DNA of 64,000 nucleotides from the IMG/VR virus record IMGVR_UViG_3300022602_002157, positions 13,383-77,382 of that record. The stretch is one strand, 5' to 3'. Positions 10,327 to 19,179 of this stretch are shown piece by piece. The notes beneath the pieces were generated by a model. That model made no database searches. It had not been told where the DNA came from and saw only the letters and a program-made list of their open reading frames with translations. Position 1 is the first letter of the stretch. The number at the start of each line of letters is the position of its first letter. Position numbers and translations under genes: made by a program. Source of the DNA: a virus.

Positions 10327-10686
10327 ATGAGTTTAAGTTACACTAAAGCAAAAGTTAATAAATTAAAACCATTGCATGACACCATTATCGTAAGTGATAT
10401 GGAGTTCGGTGAGCGAATTACACAATCTGGATTGATCATGCCAAATGATGACATGAAGAGTTCAGGTATTCGTCCACGTTGGGCTAAAGTATATGCAATT
10501 GGGCCAAAGCAAAAAGATGTAAAAGTAGGACAATATATTTATATAGCACACGGTCGCTGGACTAGAGGTATCACTATTGAGACTCCTGAAGGCGAGAAAG
10601 TTATCCGTAAAGTAGACAACAATGATGTTTTATTAGTAAGTGATGAATATATTAGCGATTACAATATTAGTGACAAGGCAATCTAA
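10327..10686 (+). CDS. groES: Co-chaperonin GroES/Cpn10 (T4 gp31-like role)
   Basis: KLKPLHDTIIV, TQSGLIMP mobile loop, KVYAIGP and VKVGQ. Confidence 0.8.
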   Translation: MSLSYTKAKVNKLKPLHDTIIVSDMEFGERITQSGLIMPNDDMKSSGIRPRWAKVYAIGPKQKDVKVGQYIYIAHGRWTRGITIETPEGEKVIRKVDNNDVLLVSDEYISDYNISDKAI

Positions 10687-10695
10687 GGAAGACGA

Positions 10696-11619
10696 ATGAA
10701 GAACCAACTTTGGGTAGAAAAATACAGACCAAAAACTGTAAGTGATTATGTTTTTGTTGACGAGAATCAAAAGCAACAAGTAGAGAATTGGATCAATGCA
10801 GGTTCAATCCCTCACTTGTTGCTTAGTGGTGATCCTGGCACAGGCAAAACTACACTAGCCAAAGTTCTCATTCACGAACTTGGTATTGAAGAATATGATG
10901 TAATGGAAATCAACGCTAGTCGTGAGCGTGGTATTGATATTGTTAAAAACAAAATCAATTCATTCTCACAGACTATTCCGTTTGGTAAAATGAAGATCAT
11001 TCTGCTTGATGAGGCTGACTACACAACTCCTGACTTTCAGGCTGCATTGCGTAGCGATATGGAAGCATATGCCGAAACTGTGCGTTTTATTTTAACGTGT
11101 AACTATCAGCATAAGATTATCCCTGCGCTTAAGTCACGTTGCCATTCATTTCATATCGCAAAAACTGATATGACTGAATTTACTGCACGTGCCGCAACTG
11201 TATTAGTAACTGAAAACATTGACTTTGATTTAGATGTGTTGGACACATATGTTCGTGCAACATATCCTGATCTTAGAAAGTGTTTGAATCAGTTACAAGT
11301 TAACTCTGGAACTGGTAAGTTAGTTCCTCCTCATAAGGCAGGTCAAAGCGAAGACGAACTTCTTGTTACTGCAACTGACTTGTTCAAGTCAGGAAAGATT
11401 CTTGAAGGTCGTCAACAATTGATGCAGTACATTAGTCTATATCCAACACGTATTGAAGATACGTACAAGTGGATGTATGACAACTTAGATTTGTGGGGCA
11501 ACAGTAATGAAAAGCGTGATATGAGTATTGTGATTATTCGCAATGGTCTAGCACAACTTCCATTAGTGGGGATTCCAGAAATTAGTTTGGCTGCAACGTT
11601 AGTAGAGTTAACCTCATGA
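10696..11619 (+). CDS. Clamp loader AAA+ subunit (RFC small / T4 gp44-like)
   Basis: WVEKYRP, Walker A GDPGTGKT, INAS, Walker B LLDEAD and the SRC motif. Confidence 0.92.
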   Translation: MKNQLWVEKYRPKTVSDYVFVDENQKQQVENWINAGSIPHLLLSGDPGTGKTTLAKVLIHELGIEEYDVMEINASRERGIDIVKNKINSFSQTIPFGKMKIILLDEADYTTPDFQAALRSDMEAYAETVRFILTCNYQHKIIPALKSRCHSFHIAKTDMTEFTARAATVLVTENIDFDLDVLDTYVRATYPDLRKCLNQLQVNSGTGKLVPPHKAGQSEDELLVTATDLFKSGKILEGRQQLMQYISLYPTRIEDTYKWMYDNLDLWGNSNEKRDMSIVIIRNGLAQLPLVGIPEISLAATLVELTS

Positions 11620-11891
11620 GATACATGTTTTTGACGTTTTACCGCAAACCAGGCGGACAGATTGATGAACAGGTTACAGTATCTAAGCGAGTAAGACCTG
11701 CTGACCTTACAAACTGCAATGTAATCATTGATTATGCAGAAAAGAAAATTTTAAAATGTGTGATTGAAGGTAAGGTACATGACACTACCTTTGATTTAAT
11801 GAATGAATATTATAAAAAGATTTATCCTACAATGATTGCGCAACTTGAAAAAGAAGCGCCAATTGAGGCAAAGTCTAAAGACAAGAAATAA
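11616..11891 (+). CDS. Hypothetical protein
   Basis: 91 aa, ATGA overlap with the clamp loader. Confidence 0.7.
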   Translation: MRYMFLTFYRKPGGQIDEQVTVSKRVRPADLTNCNVIIDYAEKKILKCVIEGKVHDTTFDLMNEYYKKIYPTMIAQLEKEAPIEAKSKDKK

Positions 11892-11915
11892 TAAACGGGG
11901 CTTTCGCCCCGTTTA
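11892..11915. terminator. Bidirectional intrinsic terminator
   Basis: TAAACGGGGC-TTTC-GCCCCGTTTA, a 10-bp stem between convergent genes. Confidence 0.85.
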
Positions 11916-11917
11916 CT

Positions 11918-12703
11918 TTAAGCATACATGGTTAATACGTGTTCAATGATCTTATGTCTCCTAATATCACGTGTATCAAACTCACATGCTTTCATCCCAG
12001 GAACTTGATATTGCTCAATTCTACGCTTTAAATCAAGTAGTCCATTGTCAGGTGTTCTGCGGTCTGTTTGTTCCACATCACCAGTAATAACAATTTTACT
12101 ACCTTCGCTAATTCTAGTCATTAGCATTTTGATTTGACTAGGCGTTGCATTTTGAGCCTCATCTAAGATGATCCAACTATTTTTAAAGTTACGACCTCGA
12201 CAGAATGCCAATGGGGTAATTTCAATAATCTGTTCATCTAACATATAACTAATTTCTTTTACGCTATAATACTCCTTTAAAACGTCAAATAATGGTCTGA
12301 CCCAAGGTTCCATTTTTGAATTCAAGTCGCCGGGCAAGAACCCGTGCTTTTCATCATCAACTGCAACAGCAGGTCTTGTCAAAATAATTCTACTACACTC
12401 ACCACTTCTCATTGCTTGTATTGCTGCCAACATAGCAAGATAAGTTTTACCAGTACCCGCAGGTCCAGAAACCATGACAATATCTGTTTCAGGGTCGGTT
12501 AGTGCGATTATATATTTTTCCTGATTTATGCTCTTAGGCACTAGATTGATGGGTTTTCTGGCTTTCTTTTGAGGCTGAGTTTGTGTAAAGTCAATTGTTT
12601 TAGATTCGTTCATATAAAATACTTGACTTTCATTATTTTGATACTTTCTTTGTGAATATCGTGTGTCTTTCTGTCTGAGTTCGCTGGTTTTTCGTTTACT
12701 CAA
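11918..12703 (-). CDS. phoH: PhoH-family ATPase
   Basis: GPAGTGKT, LTRPAV, GFLPG, RGR, DEAQN and GDxxQxD. Likely TTG start at 12703 behind AGGAG, rather than 12805. Confidence 0.92.
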   Translation of the reverse strand: MSKRKTSELRQKDTRYSQRKYQNNESQVFYMNESKTIDFTQTQPQKKARKPINLVPKSINQEKYIIALTDPETDIVMVSGPAGTGKTYLAMLAAIQAMRSGECSRIILTRPAVAVDDEKHGFLPGDLNSKMEPWVRPLFDVLKEYYSVKEISYMLDEQIIEITPLAFCRGRNFKNSWIILDEAQNATPSQIKMLMTRISEGSKIVITGDVEQTDRRTPDNGLLDLKRRIEQYQVPGMKACEFDTRDIRRHKIIEHVLTMYA

Positions 12704-12756
12704 TGTGTTTCTCCTAGTTGATACACTTGTTGTGAGAGATAACCTTCTCTCAAAGA

Positions 12757-12762
12757 TATTTA
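12757..12762 (-). promoter_or_regulatory. Late-type promoter TAAATA for phoH
   Basis: TATTTA on the + strand, followed on the - strand by a 7-bp hairpin (12733-12752) and the SD. Confidence 0.5.
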
Positions 12763-12889
12763 AAGGCATACAGTAAGTAAACAATGCAGAACATACGGCC
12801 ATCAAACCTATGATAAATATTATGCTAACCCCAGAAATAATCCATTCGAAAGGTTTGTAAACAAAAACAAACTAGTGATAAATACATAT

Positions 12890-13498
12890 ATGAGTACTCT
12901 TCCAGCAGACAAATTTTTTAATGACGTTGACTTTGTAAGCATTGTAGACACCATTCGCGGTGTTTATATGAGCGACGGATCAATGTCTACCCTATTGGAC
13001 TTTGAACGAGTCCTAGATGAAGCAGATGTATATGCTTTTAAAAACTGGTTAATTGGTGAATTAGTAGACGGTCCAAAGATTGGTAGATACAATGCAAAAT
13101 GTGTATTCATGTGGCCTTATAAATTAATGCCCGATCCAAGAGCCGCATTAAGACTACTTAACGTTGGATGCAAAGTAAAGTTTGCTAAAACACGTATTGA
13201 AGTTCCTGTAGAAATTAAAGATTACGAAGATTTTGTGCAGGGTACACGTTATCCAAAGATGACAAAAAAGCGTGTTTGGATGGTAGAAATCACAATCCCA
13301 TTTGAATTGATGGATGATATCAAAGAAGGTAGTATTGATCTTGCTGACCAAACTATTGACTTGAGTGAGATTCAGGACGCATATGACGAAGACTTAGATG
13401 CGCCAACAAAAGATGAAAACGAATTAGAAACACAGCAAGATGAAAATCAAATGGCTGATCAAAATTCATCAAGTCCCAATCAACTAGCACAAATGTAA
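12890..13498 (+). CDS. Hypothetical protein with acidic tail
   Basis: ATG 12890 lies 5 nt after TAAATA (12879-12884). Confidence 0.75.
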   Translation: MSTLPADKFFNDVDFVSIVDTIRGVYMSDGSMSTLLDFERVLDEADVYAFKNWLIGELVDGPKIGRYNAKCVFMWPYKLMPDPRAALRLLNVGCKVKFAKTRIEVPVEIKDYEDFVQGTRYPKMTKKRVWMVEITIPFELMDDIKEGSIDLADQTIDLSEIQDAYDEDLDAPTKDENELETQQDENQMADQNSSSPNQLAQM

Positions 13499-13508
13499 GA
13501 GATAAAAT

Positions 13509-14048
13509 ATGACTATACTAAATGAAAGCCTTGACTATATGGACTTAGAAGGACAGATGTCTGACAGAGTTACCGTTGATGAGTATGCGGCTAAAATGGG
13601 TAAGGATAGTGATATTGTTACATTGGCATTTAAAGTATATTCAGAACTAGCCGCAGAAGATTTGGTTACATGGTTCGAGCGCGGATATGAATGGGTATTA
13701 GATTCAAGTGTAAGCGATGGTGAATTGCGCCCAGGAGTATATCTAGTATTCGTTGAAATGGACCGTCGTAGCAGAGTTCCTGAAAGAATCATTACATTAT
13801 TACAAGACTTAGAAACTCTTACAGGTCTTAAATTAAAAGACTGGACTGTAGAAATTGAAGGTGAAGACTATGAAGCAGACGAAGAAACAATTCGCAATCA
13901 TATGGTCTTGAACCCAAATGAATACAAGATGGAAAAAGAAAAAGACGAAAAGATAAATGAGTTCCGTACTATTGCAGGTTTAAAAACTAAGCCTTTGTAT
14001 GAGAACGATACATATATCAAAAACTTAAAGGCAATTGCAGGATTATAA
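13509..14048 (+). CDS. Hypothetical protein (possible head-associated)
   Basis: 179 aa; starts MTILNES; two C-terminal IAGL motifs. Confidence 0.7.
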   Translation: MTILNESLDYMDLEGQMSDRVTVDEYAAKMGKDSDIVTLAFKVYSELAAEDLVTWFERGYEWVLDSSVSDGELRPGVYLVFVEMDRRSRVPERIITLLQDLETLTGLKLKDWTVEIEGEDYEADEETIRNHMVLNPNEYKMEKEKDEKINEFRTIAGLKTKPLYENDTYIKNLKAIAGL

Positions 14049-14051
14049 TAT

Positions 14052-14804
14052 ATGGCGACTATTTTACCTACTACCAAAGCAACTACAGAAACTCCAATTG
14101 CAAAGAGTGACGATCATCACGATGCATTGGCTGCGGATCCAACAGTTCCGCAATTTCCTCAAGGGAGTACATTTGGAAATGCAACAGCATCAACAACCAA
14201 TACATCAACAAGTAGCCCAACAGCATTTGGCTCTACGCCATCAACTGGATTCGGTTCAACCAGTAGTTTTGGTTCACCAACAACAAGTAGTTTTGGCGGA
14301 GGCGGCTTTGGAGGCTCATCTTCAACAGGGTTCGGTGGATCGTCAGGTGGATTCGGCGGCGGCTCTACAGGTTTCGGCGGTGGCTCTACAGGTTTCGGCG
14401 GTGGAATGGGAAGTGGACAAATGGGGACTCCCGGCACAGCGAACATGAATGTAAGCATGAGCAATGGTCCAGTGTTAACTGGTGCTGGTGCCAATGCTGC
14501 CGAACAAGCAGACGTATTAGTTGCAAACACAAACGAAGATTGGCTAAACAAAAAGTGGCGTCCAATGATGGGTTGGATGTACATGGCTGTTTGTACAATG
14601 GACTTTATCGTGTTCCCAATCTTGTGGAGTTTATTACAAGCACATGATCATGGACAAGTTACAAGTCAATGGCAACCAGTTACACTACAAGGTGCTGGCT
14701 TGTTCCATATGGCAATGGGTGCTGTTCTAGGTATTGCGGCTTATGGTCGTACACAAGAAAAGATGGCAGGCGCAAACCAAACATCAACTTCATTTGGTAA
14801 ATAA
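14052..14804 (+). CDS. 3-TM holin-like membrane protein with Gly/Ser/Phe low-complexity N-terminus
   Basis: WRPMMGWMY...DF...LQGAGLFHMAMGAVLGIAAYGRTQEK resembles the GTA-type 3TM holin family. The N-terminus has GFGGGST repeats. Confidence 0.7.
   Translation: MATILPTTKATTETPIAKSDDHHDALAADPTVPQFPQGSTFGNATASTTNTSTSSPTAFGSTPSTGFGSTSSFGSPTTSSFGGGGFGGSSSTGFGGSSGGFGGGSTGFGGGSTGFGGGMGSGQMGTPGTANMNVSMSNGPVLTGAGANAAEQADVLVANTNEDWLNKKWRPMMGWMYMAVCTMDFIVFPILWSLLQAHDHGQVTSQWQPVTLQGAGLFHMAMGAVLGIAAYGRTQEKMAGANQTSTSFGK
14349..14405 (+). repeat. 21-bp tandem repeat (GFGGGST, about 2.7 copies)
   Basis: ggattcggcggcggctctaca / ggtttcggcggtggctctaca / ggtttcggcggtgga. Confidence 0.9.
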
Positions 14805-14809
14805 ATCGC

Positions 14810-14838
14810 TTGACTTTAGCAATCCGTTCTGTTAATAT
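14810..14838 (+). promoter_or_regulatory. sigma70-like promoter
   Basis: TTGACT(14810)-N17-TAATAT(14833), with an extended TG. Confidence 0.6.
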
Positions 14839-14844
14839 ATAACA

Positions 14845-15645
14845 ATGGATCATTATAGTACACTAGGTGTGTCAAAAACTGCCTCGCAAGAGGAAATAAA
14901 AAAGGCATATCGCAAACAAGCGATGCAACACCATCCTGATCGCACAGGTGGTGATGATACCAAATTCAAAGAAATCCAAACAGCATACGATACATTAAGT
15001 GACCCGCAAAAGCGTCAACAGTATGACAATCCTAGACCACAAATGCAGGGATTTCCTGGTGGGTTTGGTTTTAATGTAAATGGATTTGATTTAAACGATT
15101 TATTTGGTCAAGCGTTTGGGCATCAACATCCATTCAATCAGCAACGAAATCAAACACCAACTTATCGTACTAGACTAAACGTATCATTGATGGATGTTTA
15201 TAAAGAAAATGAACATGTACTACAATTAAACACACCAACTGGTTCTAACGTAGTAAACGTTAAAATACCACGTGGAACACAATCTGGCGACCATGTACGT
15301 TATGACAAAATTATTCCTGGCGCACAATTAATTGTAGAATTCATAGTACTAAGTGATTTAAAGTATGATCGTAAAGGTGATGACCTTTATGCAAACATGC
15401 CCGTTTCAGTACTTGATTTGATTGTGGGTAACAAAATTCAATTTGACACGATTAGTGGTAAAACATTAGATGTTACTATTAGACCCAAAACTCAACCATA
15501 TATGCAATTACGCATACCAGGTGAAGGTATGCCCTCACGAAATGGTGGGTATGGAGACCAAATACTATTGCTAAAACCCTATATACCTGATATAATAGAC
15601 AATGAAATAGTAGAAATTATTACTCGCCATCAGCAAACTAAATAA
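14845..15645 (+). CDS. dnaJ: DnaJ/CbpA-type co-chaperone (J domain plus C-terminal domain, no zinc finger)
   Basis: YSTLGV...IKKAYRK...HHPD...F.EIQ.AY..LSDP..R..YD, a G/F-rich linker and LRIPGEGMP. Confidence 0.9.
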   Translation: MDHYSTLGVSKTASQEEIKKAYRKQAMQHHPDRTGGDDTKFKEIQTAYDTLSDPQKRQQYDNPRPQMQGFPGGFGFNVNGFDLNDLFGQAFGHQHPFNQQRNQTPTYRTRLNVSLMDVYKENEHVLQLNTPTGSNVVNVKIPRGTQSGDHVRYDKIIPGAQLIVEFIVLSDLKYDRKGDDLYANMPVSVLDLIVGNKIQFDTISGKTLDVTIRPKTQPYMQLRIPGEGMPSRNGGYGDQILLLKPYIPDIIDNEIVEIITRHQQTK

Positions 15646-15663
15646 ACTAAAAGGACTATTAAA

Positions 15664-17946
15664 TTGCAACAATCTCCTGAAATTCAGAACATCATTGAAC
15701 GTGCTATCGAAGCCGCTAAGGATAGAAAACACGCATATTGTACGATTGAGCATTTGTTACTTTCATTAGTAACACACCCTCCCTTTAAGAAATGCTTAAG
15801 TACATTTGGTGTTGATATGGATTTGATGATTTCAGAAATCGAGTCATATCTTAATGGACTCCACGCTATTGAATTAAAGCAGTCTGGTACTGCACCAAAG
15901 AAAACCAATTCAATTGAACGTGTGATCAATCGTAGTGTGACACAGGTATTGTTTACTGGTCGTCAAAAGGTTACCACTATCGACCTTTACATGAGCATTG
16001 CCGCTGAAAACAATAGCCATGCACATTACTTTTTACTAAAGTACGGTGTTACACGCAACGAATTTTTGCAACATTGGCAAAAGACTTATAAGGGCGGTGA
16101 CTATACAGGTTCATTGACTGATAATCAAGCAGACGAAATCCTTGACGAATACACAATCAATCTTACACAACTTGCACGTGAAGACAAACTAGAACCTGTT
16201 ATTGGTCGTAGCAAGGAAATTGATGATATCATTAACGTACTTGCAAAACGATTTAAGAGCAATGTATTAATGGTAGGCGACCCCGGTGTAGGTAAGACTG
16301 CTATTACTGAGGGTATTGCACGTGCAATCGTCAACGGTGAAGTTCCTGAATTCTTAAATGGTCATGAACTATACTCATTAGAGATTGGTAGTTTGCTTGC
16401 TGGTAGTCGCTATCGTGGTGACTTTGAAGAAAAGGTCAAGCATGTACTTGAGGCACTGAACCACAAAAAGAAAGCAATTCTATTCATTGACGAAGCCCAC
16501 ACTATGCAAGGTGCAGGTGGAACAAATAACGGTAGCGTTGACTTTAGTAATATGATTAAGCCAGCCATTACAAAGGGCACACTTAAGATTATTGCGTCAA
16601 CGACATGGGAAGAATTCTACGAGAGTTTTGAAAAGGATCGTGCTTTAATGCGTAGATTCTATAAAATTAGTGTTGATGAACCTTCTCAAGAATCCACAGT
16701 TCGTATTCTAAGTGGATTGGCTGCACGATTGAACGACTTCCATAGTGTTAATATCACTGATGAAGCCATTAACGCCGCAGTTGAAAGTGCAACACGATAT
16801 ATTCATGACCGTAAGAATCCTGACAAATCAATCGACCTATTGGATGCGGCATGTGCAAAGCAACGTGTACTTGAAAACAAAGATGCAATTATCACTAAGG
16901 AATTAATCCATGAGCAAGTGGAAAAGTATACAGGCGTACCTGCTGATAAATTGTCAGGAGATAATTTTGATCGCATTAACAATCTTGAACTAAACGTCAA
17001 GAACAAGTTATATGGTCAGGATGAAACTGTAGAGAAAGTACTTGAACGTGTTTATGTTAGTTTCGCTGGTATTGGCAACGAAACTAAACCAACCGCAAGT
17101 TTCTTGTTCTTGGGCCCAACAGGCACGGGTAAAACAGAATTGGCAAAACTACTGTCTAAGAATTTAGATATGCCTCTTCTCAAGTACGATATGAGTGAGT
17201 ACGGAGAGAAGCACAGCGTAAGTAGTTTGATCGGACCTCCCCCTGGCTATGTAGGCTTTGGTGATTCACAAGTGCAAGGTGGACGCCTAATTAGTGACTT
17301 GAGCAAGAATCCACACAGTATTCTACTGTTTGACGAAGTTGAAAAGGCACACCCAGATATCTTTAACATCTTTTTGCAGATGTTAGATGAAGGTCGTGTT
17401 ACTGGTAGTAATGGTAAAGAAGTATCAATGAAAAATACTATCATTATCTTGACTAGTAATTTGGGTAGTGCTGACAGCGAACGCAATAACATTGGTTTCG
17501 GTGCGCAAGAAAAGACAGGTGAAGATGATCGTGCATTAAAGCAATTCTTTAAGCCTGAATTTAGAAATCGTCTTGACATGGTATGCAAGTTCAACAAACT
17601 TGACTTGCTATCAATCAAAAAGATTGTTATTAAGTTCACTGATGATTTGAAGAAGTCATTGCTTGAAAAGCATAACATTACTCTTAACTTGAGTGAACCT
17701 GCTGTAGAGTATTTGGCTGACAAGGGTTATGATAGCAAGATGGGTGCTAGACCTTTAGCACGTAAAATTGATGAACTCATTCGTGTTCCTCTTTCAAAGA
17801 AGATTTTGTTTGAGAAAATTAAGGATACGAATATCATGGCAAATGTTGAAAACGATGAGATTGTTTTCAACATTACAACCAAGCAATCAGTAAGGGTTGG
17901 AGAAGATGGAATCATTGAAGTTATCGCCGAAGCAGGTAGACCGTAA
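15664..17946 (+). CDS. clpA: ClpA-like Hsp100 AAA+ chaperone
   Basis: Clp-N (EHLLL); two AAA domains (GDPGVGKT/IDEAH and GPTGTGKT/FDEVEKAH); IGF loop (NIGFG); GARPL. Confidence 0.92.
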   Translation: MQQSPEIQNIIERAIEAAKDRKHAYCTIEHLLLSLVTHPPFKKCLSTFGVDMDLMISEIESYLNGLHAIELKQSGTAPKKTNSIERVINRSVTQVLFTGRQKVTTIDLYMSIAAENNSHAHYFLLKYGVTRNEFLQHWQKTYKGGDYTGSLTDNQADEILDEYTINLTQLAREDKLEPVIGRSKEIDDIINVLAKRFKSNVLMVGDPGVGKTAITEGIARAIVNGEVPEFLNGHELYSLEIGSLLAGSRYRGDFEEKVKHVLEALNHKKKAILFIDEAHTMQGAGGTNNGSVDFSNMIKPAITKGTLKIIASTTWEEFYESFEKDRALMRRFYKISVDEPSQESTVRILSGLAARLNDFHSVNITDEAINAAVESATRYIHDRKNPDKSIDLLDAACAKQRVLENKDAIITKELIHEQVEKYTGVPADKLSGDNFDRINNLELNVKNKLYGQDETVEKVLERVYVSFAGIGNETKPTASFLFLGPTGTGKTELAKLLSKNLDMPLLKYDMSEYGEKHSVSSLIGPPPGYVGFGDSQVQGGRLISDLSKNPHSILLFDEVEKAHPDIFNIFLQMLDEGRVTGSNGKEVSMKNTIIILTSNLGSADSERNNIGFGAQEKTGEDDRALKQFFKPEFRNRLDMVCKFNKLDLLSIKKIVIKFTDDLKKSLLEKHNITLNLSEPAVEYLADKGYDSKMGARPLARKIDELIRVPLSKKILFEKIKDTNIMANVENDEIVFNITTKQSVRVGEDGIIEVIAEAGRP

Positions 17947-18592
17947 TAACTTATACTTTAACAAGTATCTGTATAAAGCCAGCCTAAAAACCGATTATTT
18001 AAATTTTATATACTATGCAAATAGTATTGAAGATTTTAATGAGAAAATCATAAAAGCCAGTAAAGAACGCAATTCTTGGAGCAGACATATTGATTTGAAT
18101 AAAGTTGATAGTGACTTAATAGAAAAGTTGATCAACTTTAGAAATCAAAATAGGTCTAACCAAAACGTAATTATTAGGCTTGAGTATAACTCAATGAGTA
18201 TCTATACCAATGAGATAGATTTGCTTAACTATTATTATGATTTGGCTCCAAAAAAGGTTAAATTTTACAGAGTGGGTTCATTTACCCCCGGGGTAATGCT
18301 TTTTGCTAAAGAACCAAAATTTAAGTATCGTGTATACTTGCGTAGCAAAAAAATGCCGGACAATTTTAGGGATGAATTCTATAAATTTATCACTACACAT
18401 CCTTCAGTTACACCATGTGATGCTCTAGTAGAAAATCTCAAAAAGTATTCGGGAACAATCAGTTGGCGCTATCCTATACCCCATCGTGGAATGTACTTAG
18501 AATACAACGAAGAAAGCACAGTTTTGCTAGTACATTTGATGTTTCCGGGCCTAGCAGGTAAGACCTTCAAATTAGAAAAGCGTCAAGGATAA
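17906..18592 (+). CDS. Hypothetical protein
   Basis: ATG 17906 behind GGAG; the KYLYK/KFKYR motif occurs in both halves. Confidence 0.7.
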   Translation: MESLKLSPKQVDRNNLYFNKYLYKASLKTDYLNFIYYANSIEDFNEKIIKASKERNSWSRHIDLNKVDSDLIEKLINFRNQNRSNQNVIIRLEYNSMSIYTNEIDLLNYYYDLAPKKVKFYRVGSFTPGVMLFAKEPKFKYRVYLRSKKMPDNFRDEFYKFITTHPSVTPCDALVENLKKYSGTISWRYPIPHRGMYLEYNEESTVLLVHLMFPGLAGKTFKLEKRQG

Positions 18593-18594
18593 GA

Positions 18595-18600
18595 TAAATA
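18595..18600 (+). promoter_or_regulatory. Late-type promoter TAAATA
   Basis: Intergenic, precedes the 18622 operon. Confidence 0.55.
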
Positions 18601-18621
18601 CTCTAATAAAATGGAGTATTT

Positions 18622-18789
18622 ATGGCCAAGATCGTAGAAGAAGTTGTAGTTGTTAAATTTAGCAGAATTGTTAAAGATAACGAAGACAATACCAATAGTA
18701 TAGCGACCCCTGACATCCAAACCGCACTAGAACAAGTCGCACAAGAACTTGCAGGTGACGGTGTTGTAGTTGAAGTGGAGAAGGCATAA
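18622..18789 (+). CDS. Small hypothetical protein (55 aa; not in the ORF track)
   Basis: GGAG SD; MAKIVEEVVVVKFSRIVKD...VVVEVEKA*. Its TAA overlaps the next ATG. Confidence 0.75.
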   Translation: MAKIVEEVVVVKFSRIVKDNEDNTNSIATPDIQTALEQVAQELAGDGVVVEVEKA

Positions 18790-19178
18790 TGGCACAAGGT
18801 GTAACACTTATCCTTCTCCCCGAGACTGCATATAATAATATGTACGGTAATGGTGCACCTTACAACGTTGTGGGTGATGAGCAACCAGCGGCTGCATTCT
18901 ATTTAGGCAATCAAGACTTGCAAACAGTTAACTATAAAAATGCAGAAGTTACTGGCAATATCATTATTCAAGCCACACTAGCAACTACGCCAGCAGATGG
19001 CGATTGGTTTAATGTCTTTGAAGTTGATGCTAATGCAAATGCCCCATCTGGCTCTAATAGTTATATCGCAAGTAATGCAAGCGCCTTCACTAACGTTGAC
19101 GGTACCTTTGTATACATGCGAGCATTGATTGAAGACTTCCAAGGTGGAGTTGTAAATTACGTTAAATTAAGTTACTAA
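18789..19178 (+). CDS. Probable virion beta-sandwich protein
   Basis: 129 aa, beta-rich, in a late operon. Confidence 0.55.
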   Translation: MAQGVTLILLPETAYNNMYGNGAPYNVVGDEQPAAAFYLGNQDLQTVNYKNAEVTGNIIIQATLATTPADGDWFNVFEVDANANAPSGSNSYIASNASAFTNVDGTFVYMRALIEDFQGGVVNYVKLSY

Positions 19179-19179
19179 T

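Noticed and set aside
18603-18884. Minus-strand 93-aa ORF from the track
   Set aside because: It overlaps two better-supported + strand genes (18622-18789 and 18789-19178).
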